Below are positions 38,708 through 47,457 of a stretch of 64,000 nucleotides of DNA, in pieces. This DNA is from Nitrospirae bacterium JdFR-85. GTDB lineage: Bacteria > Nitrospirota > Thermodesulfovibrionia > Thermodesulfovibrionales > JdFR-85. The stretch covers positions 128,279 to 192,278 of the forward strand of contig MTOU01000013.1 of NCBI GenBank assembly GCA_002011745.1. The letters run 5' to 3'. The translations under genes were made by a program, and so were the position numbers. Position 1 is the first letter of the stretch. Every line of letters starts with the position of its first letter. The notes below the pieces were generated by a model. That model searched no databases, was not told the origin of the DNA, and worked only from the letters and a program-made list of their open reading frames with translations.

Positions 38708-39364
38708 TCATAAAAACTGTTTTAACTTTTCAATAAATGTCTCTGCCTCTCTTTTGTCTCTCAGTGTAAGAATGGTGATATTCTGATCATCAAACTCTAA
38801 GGTTATATTATAGAATTCTTTCGTCTCTCCGAAGCCTGGGATTACTGTCCCGTGCTGAAGCGCTATCTTTTCTACAAAGGCAACTGCGTCAGGATTCTCA
38901 GGCTCAAACCTACTGTGTATAATCTTTATATCTTTAAGACTGCTTAAGGGCTTCTGTAATCTTTTACTAAAAAGGGGCCTCTTCAGAGAGATGGTTATCG
39001 TATCTTCTCTTTTGTCAAAGATGCTCTCAAGATAGGGTTCTTTAAAGATGTAGACCCTTGCCACTGGGAAAACCACAGCAAAGACGACAATCGCAACAAT
39101 AAAGTCCATCACAGAGAGACCTCCATAAAAGGACAGAACCATAAGCACTATTAGGGCTACTGTAGCAGCCAGAAAACTCGAAGAAAGCTCTCTACTGTAT
39201 ATTCCACTATGAAGAACACTCCCCCTGTCTGCTCTGAACGAACTTGTCCTTAGTATAATCTTCTCTGCTTCTGCCTGAATTGTATAAAGAGACATTTCAG
39301 CCGGATCTACCCTTACGCCTTCCTGACCGATACACGCCTTGTCTCTAATAGGTGACAGTATCAA
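38708..39364 (-). CDS. hypothetical membrane protein (two TM helices); the true start may be the internal ATG at 39295
   Basis: 218-codon ORF with hydrophobic segments FLAATVALIVLMVLSF and FIVAIVVFAVVFPVA. No motif recognised. Lies between cutA and carB on the same strand. Confidence 0.4.
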   Translation of the reverse strand: MILSPIRDKACIGQEGVRVDPAEMSLYTIQAEAEKIILRTSSFRADRGSVLHSGIYSRELSSSFLAATVALIVLMVLSFYGGLSVMDFIVAIVVFAVVFPVARVYIFKEPYLESIFDKREDTITISLKRPLFSKRLQKPLSSLKDIKIIHSRFEPENPDAVAFVEKIALQHGTVIPGFGETKEFYNITLEFDDQNITILTLRDKREAETFIEKLKQFL

Positions 39365-39659
39365 GCCAGTCGAGATATTCCTTTGAACCCTCTATTATAG
39401 GAAAAGATATTATTTCAGCCACTGAATAAGGGTGGAGTTCTTTTACTCTCTTCTCCACTCGTGGAAACATCTCCTTTTTTGTCTTTATTATCATCAGGAC
39501 CTCTGAGTCATCCTCTATTCTGCCTTCCCATGAATAGATGGACCTTACAGAGCGGACAATATTCACACATCCTGCAAACCTCTCTTCCACAAGAGTTCTT
39601 GCTATATCTGCGGCTACTTGTTCATCAGGTGCTGTTACAAAAACAACTATATGCTCCAC
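39345..39659 (-). CDS. cutA: divalent-cation tolerance protein CutA
   Basis: 104 aa. VVFVTAPD...A..IA..LVEERFAGCVNI...SIYSWEGRIE...E..MIIKT...HPYSVAEI matches CutA1. Confidence 0.85.
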   Translation of the reverse strand: MEHIVVFVTAPDEQVAADIARTLVEERFAGCVNIVRSVRSIYSWEGRIEDDSEVLMIIKTKKEMFPRVEKRVKELHPYSVAEIISFPIIEGSKEYLDWLDTVTY

Positions 39660-39677
39660 ATCTGCCTCCTTGTTTTA

Positions 39678-40964
39678 TCAATGTTTAAAAAGCCTCTGGC
39701 CTGTGAAGACCATTGTAACATCAGCCTCATTGCATGCCTCTATCACTTCATGGTCTCTCAGAGAACCACCAGGTTGTACTACTGCTGTAATACCCTCTTT
39801 TATACCCACATCCACACCATCTCTGAATGGGAAGAATGCATCAGATACCATCACAGCACCAACCAGACCCCCTTTCGCCTTTCTGGTCTCCTCATCAATC
39901 TCAAGGAGTCCATCCTTGTCCCTTTTACCTTCCTTCACCTCCAGTTCATACTGCTTATAAGGGATACCGTATCTCTTGAAACAAAGGGCATCCGCATATT
40001 TTGTGTAAGCCTTAAACACTGCTATCTCTGCAACCCCTACCCTATCCTGTTCTCCAGTACCAATTCCTACAGTTACTCCATCCTTCACATATATTACAGA
40101 ATTGGATGTGACACCCTGCTCTACATGCCAACCAAAGAGCATATCCTCATACTCCCTTTCAGTAGGCAGCCTCTTGATCCTGTATTCTTTACCATTGTAT
40201 ACAGCCACCGCAGGCTTGAAGTCCTCCTTAGAGCGGATTCTGTTTATCTGTGACTGCTGCAGTATCAAACCCCCATCAATAAGGGCCTTGAACTCTACTA
40301 CAGGGAGGTCCATGTATCTATGAAGTTCATCAATCTTTTTAATCCTTATAATTCTGAGATTCTTCCTCTTGCCAAGAGTCTCAAGCACCCCTTCTTCATA
40401 ATCAGGTGCAGCTACCACTTCAAGATAATTTTCGCTAACTAACTCAGCCGTTGTCTTATCCATGGGCCTGTTTACTACAAGACATCCACCAAAGGCAGCG
40501 ATTCTGTCTGCCATGTTTGCCCTATCATAGGCATCTGCAAGGGTATCCCCGTACGCAACCCCACTGGGGTTGTTGTGTTTCATTATGGCAGCTGCTGGTT
40601 TTTTGGTAAGAAACTTGAGGATATTAAGGGCATTGTCTATATCTGTGAGATTTGTCTTGCCAGGATGTTTGCCTACCTGGAGCATGTCTTCTTCTGTGAT
40701 ACTGCTTACGAGACCATTTCCTGGGTCAATAAACTCACATCCTCCGAGGATAAGATTTCCTCCCACAAGCTCATATAGTGCAGCAGGCTGGTCTGGATTC
40801 TCTCCATATCTAAGCCCTCGCTGGATTACCTGCCCACTCTCAGGATCTTTTATCTTCCAGGTCCTTTTCCTGTATTTAAGTGTCTGTCCACCAAAAGATA
40901 TGGTTATCTCTTCAGGAAAAGGATCTTCAACTATAGTATGGTACATCTTCTTTAACTCACTCAT
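39678..40964 (-). CDS. purH: AICAR formyltransferase (PurH-like, AICARFT domain without the N-terminal MGS/IMP cyclohydrolase domain)
   Basis: 428 aa. LRYGENPDQPAALY, AAIMKHNNPSGVA, GGLILQ, TGEQDRV and DAFFPFRDGV...VVQPGGS are AICARFT blocks. Confidence 0.85.
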   Translation of the reverse strand: MSELKKMYHTIVEDPFPEEITISFGGQTLKYRKRTWKIKDPESGQVIQRGLRYGENPDQPAALYELVGGNLILGGCEFIDPGNGLVSSITEEDMLQVGKHPGKTNLTDIDNALNILKFLTKKPAAAIMKHNNPSGVAYGDTLADAYDRANMADRIAAFGGCLVVNRPMDKTTAELVSENYLEVVAAPDYEEGVLETLGKRKNLRIIRIKKIDELHRYMDLPVVEFKALIDGGLILQQSQINRIRSKEDFKPAVAVYNGKEYRIKRLPTEREYEDMLFGWHVEQGVTSNSVIYVKDGVTVGIGTGEQDRVGVAEIAVFKAYTKYADALCFKRYGIPYKQYELEVKEGKRDKDGLLEIDEETRKAKGGLVGAVMVSDAFFPFRDGVDVGIKEGITAVVQPGGSLRDHEVIEACNEADVTMVFTGQRLFKH

Positions 40965-41092
40965 TCCGCTTCCTCCTGCCTCAGAACAGAGAATCTTTTC
41001 TTAGACATTATATAACAAAGAAGGTAAAAAAATCAGAGACCCCTTTTGAGATCATAGACAACTTAACAAAAAGGCTTTTTAAACCAGGCTGG

Positions 41093-41686
41093 TCAGGACA
41101 GATTTTTAATTAAAACCCCTTCTCTTTCAGCTTCTCTACAGAGTCTCTGCATCTCAGGGATCAGTTCCATCCGTTCAATATTCACAGGCTCATTCACTAT
41201 TGAAGCAACAAACCTTAAAAGTCCCACCTGGATTCTCCTACCATGGTCATTCTCAAAGTTTAGAATAAAACCCCTTTCTCTATCGTTCTCTGAATACCAT
41301 TGGTTAGACTTCTTTTTAAAGAGAGAATTCGCCTTCTTTATAGCCTCTTGGATCTTTTTTGAAGGAGCTATAAAAACAAACTCGTGGGTTGCTACCTTCC
41401 CAACAAAGCTTCCCCTTATTTCAGAGGCAATTGTCTTCAGTATGGCTGCAGCCCATTGAATAATCTCTGCATGGTGGTCATAACCATACTTAAGAAGATA
41501 AGGTTCTATGTTTGCAATACGGATATAAGCTATCGCATATTTGCCCAGTCGAGGGAAGAAGTCTTCAATCTTATGCAGAACCGCGGCTCTGTCAGGAAGA
41601 CCAGTTAAATAGTCAGGCCAGAGAAAGGGATTACTCTGTTTTTTATGTAACTCTTTGATGTATTTTTTTGCTTCTCTCAGGCCCAT
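41093..41686 (-). CDS. degenerate GGDEF-like domain protein (active-site motif replaced)
   Basis: 197 aa. DYLTGLPDRAAVLHKIE opens like a GGDEF domain, but the DxD/GGDEF positions read IRIAN and ATHEFVFIAP. Confidence 0.55.
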   Translation of the reverse strand: MGLREAKKYIKELHKKQSNPFLWPDYLTGLPDRAAVLHKIEDFFPRLGKYAIAYIRIANIEPYLLKYGYDHHAEIIQWAAAILKTIASEIRGSFVGKVATHEFVFIAPSKKIQEAIKKANSLFKKKSNQWYSENDRERGFILNFENDHGRRIQVGLLRFVASIVNEPVNIERMELIPEMQRLCREAEREGVLIKNLS

Positions 41687-41871
41687 AATTACCTCCCCCT
41701 TTAGGTTAATGAAAAATAAATAACTATGTCAATATATCGGATTAAAGCAGAAAAAATCTACCTTTTTCAGAGATATGAACAACTATTTATGTTATAATTA
41801 TAAAATATCCTGATTTTTGAACTATCAAATTCCGGGGGGCAGGGTTATAAGAAATATTAAAAGGAGTTTAG

Positions 41872-42939
41872 ATGAAACCATCCGACTATTCTGTACTTAT
41901 TGTGGACGATGATGAAATAGTCAGGAATCTACTGGTTAATATACTTAAGGAAGTAGGTTATAACACTTCTGACACTGCCGACCCTGAAGAGGCCCTTGAG
42001 ATATTCCAGAACAACCCCTTCCATCTGGTTATCACAGATATAATGATGCCGAAGATGGATGGTCTTACACTTCTGAAAAAACTGCACCTGCATAATCCCG
42101 ATGTCCCTGTAATACTGATTACTGCCTATCCAGATATAAACAAAACAATCGATGCACTCAGATATGGAGCCCATGACTTTATCATAAAACCCTTTAAAGT
42201 AGAGCAGGTATTACACTCTGTAAAGAAGGCTCTAAATTATTATGAATTGATCATGATACGCAAGAACTATGAAGAGACACTGGAGAGAATGGTGCTTGAG
42301 AAGACAAGAGAACTCCGAGAGGCACTTCAGATGGTTAAAGGAGCCAGCAAGGAGATTACCGAAAGGCTCACAATTGCAGCAGAATACAAGGATGAAGATA
42401 CTGCATCCCATATTAGAAGAATAAGCCTCTATTGTCAGAAAATAGCAGAACACCTTTCTATGCCGGAGGATTTTATAGAAACCATCTCTCTTGCCAGTCA
42501 GATGCATGATGTGGGCAAGATCGGGATTCCTGATAGTATACTTCAGAAGCCAGGACCTCTGACAAAAGAGGAATTCGAGATTGCCAAAAGACATACTCTA
42601 ATAGGATACGATATACTAAAGGATTCAAAATATCATATAATCCAGATGGGAGCAACTATTGCGCTTACTCATCATGAAAGATGGGATGGAACAGGCTATC
42701 CCAGGGGACTGAAGGGAGAAGAGATTCCTATTGAAGGAAGAATAGTAATAATTGTTGATCAGTATGACGCTTTAAGGTCAAAGAGGCCTTACAAGCGAGG
42801 TTTCTCTCATGAAGAGGCTGTAAAGATTATCACAGAAGGTGACGGCAGAACCATGCCTGAGCATTTTGACCCTGAAATATTAAACCTGTTTAAAAACATA
42901 CATAAGGAGTTTGACAGGATATTCAATGAGGTCACATAG
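41872..42939 (+). CDS. response regulator with HD-GYP c-di-GMP phosphodiesterase domain (RpfG-like)
   Basis: 355 aa. REC (VLIVDDDE...[12 protein letters not shown]), then HIRRIS...[10 protein letters not shown]...[14 protein letters not shown]. Confidence 0.9.
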   Translation: MKPSDYSVLIVDDDEIVRNLLVNILKEVGYNTSDTADPEEALEIFQNNPFHLVITDIMMPKMDGLTLLKKLHLHNPDVPVILITAYPDINKTIDALRYGAHDFIIKPFKVEQVLHSVKKALNYYELIMIRKNYEETLERMVLEKTRELREALQMVKGASKEITERLTIAAEYKDEDTASHIRRISLYCQKIAEHLSMPEDFIETISLASQMHDVGKIGIPDSILQKPGPLTKEEFEIAKRHTLIGYDILKDSKYHIIQMGATIALTHHERWDGTGYPRGLKGEEIPIEGRIVIIVDQYDALRSKRPYKRGFSHEEAVKIITEGDGRTMPEHFDPEILNLFKNIHKEFDRIFNEVT

Positions 42940-43591
42940 AAAGGCCTTCCTCGGAGGAACTTTCAATCCTATCCATTATGGTCATCTCAGAATGGCAGAA
43001 GAGGTGAGAGAGGCCCTAAACCTTGATAAAGTAGTGTTTATTCCATCCTCTATTCCACCCCTTAAGACTGAGGATGTGGCTCCAGCAGACCTGAGGCTAC
43101 AGATGCTCAGGATAGCCCTCAAGGACAATCCCTTTTTTGAAATATCTGATATAGAATGCAGAAGATCAGGAAAGTCCTATACAGTGGATACTATAAAGAT
43201 AATCCGTGAAGAAGAACCCGACCTGGAACCTATATTCATTCTTGGAATAGATGCCTTCCTTGAGATGCCCCTCTGGCACAGACCTGATGAATTAATTAAA
43301 CTCTGTGATTTTGCGGTAGTCAAACGCTCCTGCGCCGACTTTAAAGACCTCAGCAGATCACCTTTCTTAAGGAGCCTTGAGCCTGAAGAGAAGACAGACA
43401 GTTACAGATCCCTTAGACTTATAAGTGGCAGAAGGGTCTTCTGGATTGAGTGTACAGTGCTGGATATATCGGCATCAGATATCCGACAGAGGCTGAGAGA
43501 GGGTAGAAGTATAAAATATCTGTTGCCTGAATCAGTAGAATCTTTTATAATTAGTAATCAGATCTATTTTCAGAGAGAAAGGGGTGGTTAA
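42926..43591 (+). CDS. nadD: nicotinate-nucleotide adenylyltransferase
   Basis: Start taken at ATG 42926 ([21 protein letters not shown], the (T/H)xGH motif). [10 protein letters not shown] lies near the C-terminus. The track ORF starts 15 nt earlier at a TTG. Confidence 0.9.
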   Translation: MRSHRKAFLGGTFNPIHYGHLRMAEEVREALNLDKVVFIPSSIPPLKTEDVAPADLRLQMLRIALKDNPFFEISDIECRRSGKSYTVDTIKIIREEEPDLEPIFILGIDAFLEMPLWHRPDELIKLCDFAVVKRSCADFKDLSRSPFLRSLEPEEKTDSYRSLRLISGRRVFWIECTVLDISASDIRQRLREGRSIKYLLPESVESFIISNQIYFQRERGG

Positions 43592-43938
43592 TCGTAGAGA
43601 GTCTGAAAAAGGCGAGACTTATTGCAAAGGCAGCATCAGATAAGAAGGCAGAGGATATAGTTATCCTTGATATTAAGAATCTCTCCATCATTGCAGACTA
43701 TTTTGTAATCTGTTCAGGTGAAAGCACCCCACAGGTAAAGACAATAGCCGATAACATAGAGATGGTCCTTGACAAACATGGCATTAATCCACACAGAATT
43801 GAAGGGTATATCTTTGGACAGTGGATACTTATAGATTATGGAGATGTTATTGTACATGTATTTGATGAAAAGAAACGGGCCTTCTATGAACTTGAGAAAC
43901 TCTGGATTGATGCACCAAGGATAGAGATTGAAGAGTAG
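43591..43938 (+). CDS. rsfS: ribosome silencing factor RsfS (iojap); start codon uncertain and non-canonical
   Basis: Own translation gives ...LKKARLIAKAASDKKAEDIVILDIKNLSIIADYFVICSGESTPQVKTIADNIEMVLDKHGINPHRIEGYIFGQWILIDYGDVIVHVFDEKKRAFYELEKLWIDAPRIEIEE. The frame opens at 43558, and the only canonical start (ATG at the MVLDKH codon, about 43765) would delete half the domain. Not in the ORF track. Confidence 0.8.
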   Translation: MVESLKKARLIAKAASDKKAEDIVILDIKNLSIIADYFVICSGESTPQVKTIADNIEMVLDKHGINPHRIEGYIFGQWILIDYGDVIVHVFDEKKRAFYELEKLWIDAPRIEIEE

Positions 43939-44371
43939 GTTTACAATAATATGGATAGGCAAAACAAAGGAACGGTTTGTGGAAGAAGGTATAAGAAAGT
44001 ACAGGGAGCTTATTTCTCCCTATGCTGAACTCACTATAAAGACCATTAGAGAAGAAAAGGGAGGCAGCATTACTGAGCATCTTAAAAGAGAAGCAAAAAG
44101 GATACTTTCAGAGGCTGAGAGATATATTCTCTTGGATGAAAAGGGCAGGTTAATGAGTTCTCAAGAATTTGCAGATTTTCTCTCAAAACGGAGAGAGTCT
44201 GTCTTCGTAATCGGAGGCCCCTTTGGTGTGGATAAAAAAGTCAAAGAAAATGCTGAAATGCTTCTGTCCCTGTCTCCTATGACATTCCCGCATGAACTTG
44301 TCAGAGTCATTCTGCTTGAGCAGATATACCGAGCCATGACCATAATCAGAGGAAGGGGGTATCACCACTGA
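43928..44371 (+). CDS. rlmH: 23S rRNA (pseudouridine1915-N3)-methyltransferase RlmH
   Basis: 147 aa, TTG start. IIWIGKTKE..., LLDEKGRLMSSQEFA, FVIGGPFG and SLSPMTFPHELVRVILLEQIYRA are SPOUT/RlmH blocks. Confidence 0.85.
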   Translation: MKSRFTIIWIGKTKERFVEEGIRKYRELISPYAELTIKTIREEKGGSITEHLKREAKRILSEAERYILLDEKGRLMSSQEFADFLSKRRESVFVIGGPFGVDKKVKENAEMLLSLSPMTFPHELVRVILLEQIYRAMTIIRGRGYHH

Positions 44372-45684
44372 TGGTTAGAATTGTCTTTTTTATGTTTATA
44401 CTCTACTTTGCAATAATAGGCTATTTTGGATACTTCAACAATGCTTCTGTGACAATTATATTATATAAAGATGTTACCAGAGAAGTCCCTCTCTGGCTCG
44501 TTGCTGCCCTGTCTTCAGGCGTGGGTATCCTCTTTATGTTTATTATATACACCATCAGAGATACAAGGAGACTGATTAAAAAAGTTCAGACACAGCGTAG
44601 AGAAAAAAGACAACAGAAGATCCAGAACCTTTACTCCAAGGCCCTTGGTGGAATACATGCTGGTAGAGACTCTGTTGCTGTTGAGGCATTAACAGAGATC
44701 CTGAAGATTGACTCAGAACACATTCCCTCACTTCTGAGACTTGGAGAGATCTATTTAAAAAGAAAAGAATACAAAGAGGCACAGGAGTATTTTAAAAAGG
44801 CCCTTGCTATTGACCCTGATAACACAGAGGCACTTTTTAACCTGGCAACCATAAAGGAACATCTGGATGTACCTGAAGAGGCATTGAGATATATAGACAA
44901 GATCCTGGAAATTGATAGAAACAACATCACTGCTATGTATAAAAAACGGGAGATCCTTGAAGGTCTAAAGAAATGGGAGGAACTAATACAACTACAAAAG
45001 GATATCCTCTCCTATAAGGATGAAGACTTTGAGAAAGAGTACTTAAAAGGATACCTCTATGAGGCAGGCTTAAAAGATATGGAGGAGGGCAACTATGACA
45101 AGGCAAAAAAGCATTTCAAAGAGATACTGAAGGTGGACAATGGATTTATACCTGCCCATACAGGGTTTGCAGAACTCCTTCTCAAAGATAACAAAACCTC
45201 AGAAGCGATTGAGTACCTTGAGAAGGTATTTATTGAAACTCGTTCAATGATAGTTCTTGCAAGGCTCGAGGAACTCCTGTTAAGTATGGGAGAACCTTCA
45301 CGGATTATTAATCTCTACAAGGAAGCAATAAAGGATAAACCATCTGATAGCAAACTGAGGTTCTTTCTTGCAAAACTCTACTATAGGCTCGAGATGCTTG
45401 ATGATGCAATGCAGGCTATTGAAGAGATAGAAGATCCCTCTTCTATCCCTGATATTGGAAAGATCAAGGGTGCCATATATATACGTAGAGGTGATATCCA
45501 GAAGGCCACAGAGGAACTGGAAAAGGTATTGAATATGAAGAAATTCTTGAGAGTACCTTATTGTTGTTCTAATTGTGGATGGACCCAGATGGAATGGGCT
45601 GGTAGATGTCCTCTCTGTGGTAGGTGGAATACCTTCTATTTCAATATCCATGGCCATTGTGAGATAACCAGAATATCTGATTAG
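44371..45684 (+). CDS. lapB: LapB/YciM-like TPR protein with fused LapA-like N-terminal membrane domain and C-terminal rubredoxin-type zinc finger
   Basis: 437 aa. Two N-terminal TM helices followed by a basic stretch (LapA-like), about 9 TPRs, and a C-terminal CSNCGW...RCPLCGRW. Confidence 0.75.
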   Translation: MVRIVFFMFILYFAIIGYFGYFNNASVTIILYKDVTREVPLWLVAALSSGVGILFMFIIYTIRDTRRLIKKVQTQRREKRQQKIQNLYSKALGGIHAGRDSVAVEALTEILKIDSEHIPSLLRLGEIYLKRKEYKEAQEYFKKALAIDPDNTEALFNLATIKEHLDVPEEALRYIDKILEIDRNNITAMYKKREILEGLKKWEELIQLQKDILSYKDEDFEKEYLKGYLYEAGLKDMEEGNYDKAKKHFKEILKVDNGFIPAHTGFAELLLKDNKTSEAIEYLEKVFIETRSMIVLARLEELLLSMGEPSRIINLYKEAIKDKPSDSKLRFFLAKLYYRLEMLDDAMQAIEEIEDPSSIPDIGKIKGAIYIRRGDIQKATEELEKVLNMKKFLRVPYCCSNCGWTQMEWAGRCPLCGRWNTFYFNIHGHCEITRISD

Positions 45685-45691
45685 GCTGAAT

Positions 45692-46360
45692 ATGGTCTCT
45701 AAGGCCTCGGAACATAAAAAAGATTCGATCCCCTATCGGATAGGAAAAGTAGTACTTGATACCAGTCTCTTCGTTAATCCAGAGGTGAGAAAGTACTTTG
45801 GAGAGACACCCACGGAAGCACTGGAAGGTTTTCTATTCCTTGCGGCCCAGATCCCTATTCTGGAGTTCTATATGCCTCCCTCGATATTCAAAGAGCTCCT
45901 ACACTTTGTAAATAAAGACAAAATATCAGGAGATTTGTTGGTGATACTTCACCAGAAGCCACCAAGCAAATACGAGATGTCCTGTCCAGCCTTTCTGCTT
46001 TATGAGTTGATCGAAGATATCCGTAATAGAATTAACAAGGGCCTTAGAGTGGCTGAATCAGCAGTAAGGACAGTGGGCAAGAAGAACGAGGGTGAAGTAA
46101 TTCAGGAACTGCGCCGTAAATACAGAGAAGCACTGAGAGAGGGTATTATAGATTCTAAGGAGGATGTAGACCTGATACTGTTGGCAAAGGAGCTGGATGC
46201 TCTACTTGTTACTGCTGATCATGGAGTAATAAAATGGGCAGAAAAATTGGGTATAAAATGGCTATTTCCAGAGAAGTTTAGAGAGTTTCTGCTCGGCTCA
46301 ATAAAGAAAGCAAAACAGATATATCTCATTGAAGATAAGGATAGAAAGAATCAATCATAA
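45692..46360 (+). CDS. RNA ligase partner protein (MJ_0950 family, PIN-like)
   Basis: 222 aa. KVVLDTSLFVNPEVRKYFG...LEFYMPPSIFKEL...RINKGLRVAE...LLVTADHGV matches my recollection of the archaeal RNA-ligase-partner family. Confidence 0.7.
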   Translation: MVSKASEHKKDSIPYRIGKVVLDTSLFVNPEVRKYFGETPTEALEGFLFLAAQIPILEFYMPPSIFKELLHFVNKDKISGDLLVILHQKPPSKYEMSCPAFLLYELIEDIRNRINKGLRVAESAVRTVGKKNEGEVIQELRRKYREALREGIIDSKEDVDLILLAKELDALLVTADHGVIKWAEKLGIKWLFPEKFREFLLGSIKKAKQIYLIEDKDRKNQS

Positions 46361-47457
46361 AATCCATGTCCTGTAAGTCCTTTCCTCAGCACCTTTGTGC
46401 CTTTCTGGAATATCTTATAGAAGGAAACCTTCCATCTGTCCTCAGACCTCTCTACAGAACTGATCTCTGCCTTTGTTCCCGTCTTTTTAAGGTGCTCCAT
46501 AATAAGCCTTACTGTCTCTTCTGAATTTACCCTTATACTGAATTTCTCCATTATACTGCCTCCCTTCAGAACCTCCTTCATTGTCTCCATAATAGGCAAT
46601 AGCATAGCATCAGCAAGCGCGAGCTTCAGCCTCTCATCAGGCTCAATACCAAACTCAGTGAGTATAGCCGCAATCCTCAGTATTCTCTGGATATAAAAAC
46701 CTCCCTGCAGTTCTGTCATGAGATGACCAGTAGCTTCAAGATCCCTTATACAGGAACTCAAAGTCACATACTTTAGTTCAATCTCTCCATCAACAGACTT
46801 CATTACAACCCCTTCTCTACCCTCTCTGTCAAGTTCCTCAATTATTCTTCTAACACTGTCAACCTCTGCAGGGCTAAAGGGACCCCAGTATCTCACACTT
46901 TTTATGCCGACATCTTCAAGAATCCTGTATCTCTGCTGGGGTCTTAGACTCTTGCCACTGCTGTCCTTCAGATCAAAGGCAAAGAAGTCTATGTCTTCAT
47001 CCATATAAGGTATCTCCTCAGAGTTATAGGGATTTTCAGGACCCACAACCTCTATACAGAGGGTATAATCCGGGTACCTCTGAAAAAACTCTATGGGGAT
47101 AAAATCTCTCAATCTATCCATTGTGAAGGGACATACAAAGCCTCCTCTGGTGAAGGCATACACAGTTCCATTTATCTGTCGGAGTCTTACATTGTACCCC
47201 TCCATCTTCTCTTCCACAAAGAATGGAACACTAAGGTTTCTTCTTATACCTTCAGAAAGCATGATTATCCTCTTTATTCTCTGATATCCCAACAGAAGCC
47301 CCTCTTCCCAGAATACTGTACCCCTCGGATATTTTCCTGCCTCCTTTCTTAGACGATAGAAACCTCTTCCTTTATACTTAAAATACTGCAGGTTATCCTT
47401 GTTAATCCGTTCTTCGGGCAGATATGAACTGAGATATTCAGGAAAGGTCCCTGCCAT
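46351..47457 (-). CDS. ATP-dependent RNA ligase, Pab1020 (Rnl3) family
   Basis: Start taken at the internal ATG (MAGTFPEYL). FFVEEKMEGYNVRL carries the nucleotidyltransferase lysine motif. Also FTRGGFVCPFT and IEVVGPENPY. The track ORF starts 33 nt further upstream. Confidence 0.75.
   Translation of the reverse strand: MAGTFPEYLSSYLPEERINKDNLQYFKYKGRGFYRLRKEAGKYPRGTVFWEEGLLLGYQRIKRIIMLSEGIRRNLSVPFFVEEKMEGYNVRLRQINGTVYAFTRGGFVCPFTMDRLRDFIPIEFFQRYPDYTLCIEVVGPENPYNSEEIPYMDEDIDFFAFDLKDSSGKSLRPQQRYRILEDVGIKSVRYWGPFSPAEVDSVRRIIEELDREGREGVVMKSVDGEIELKYVTLSSCIRDLEATGHLMTELQGGFYIQRILRIAAILTEFGIEPDERLKLALADAMLLPIMETMKEVLKGGSIMEKFSIRVNSEETVRLIMEHLKKTGTKAEISSVERSEDRWKVSFYKIFQKGTKVLRKGLTGHGFYD

Noticed and set aside
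39538-40253. 140-aa and 211-aa plus-strand ORFs
   Set aside because: They are antisense to cutA and the purH-like gene, which have strong family signatures. The translations are Ser/Thr/Leu-rich noise.
40965-41092. ZTP (pfl) riboswitch upstream of the purH-like gene
   Set aside because: I read the minus-strand leader and found none of the conserved GGGUCGUGA / CCGCCUGGG-type elements. It contains only a TATAAT-like promoter.
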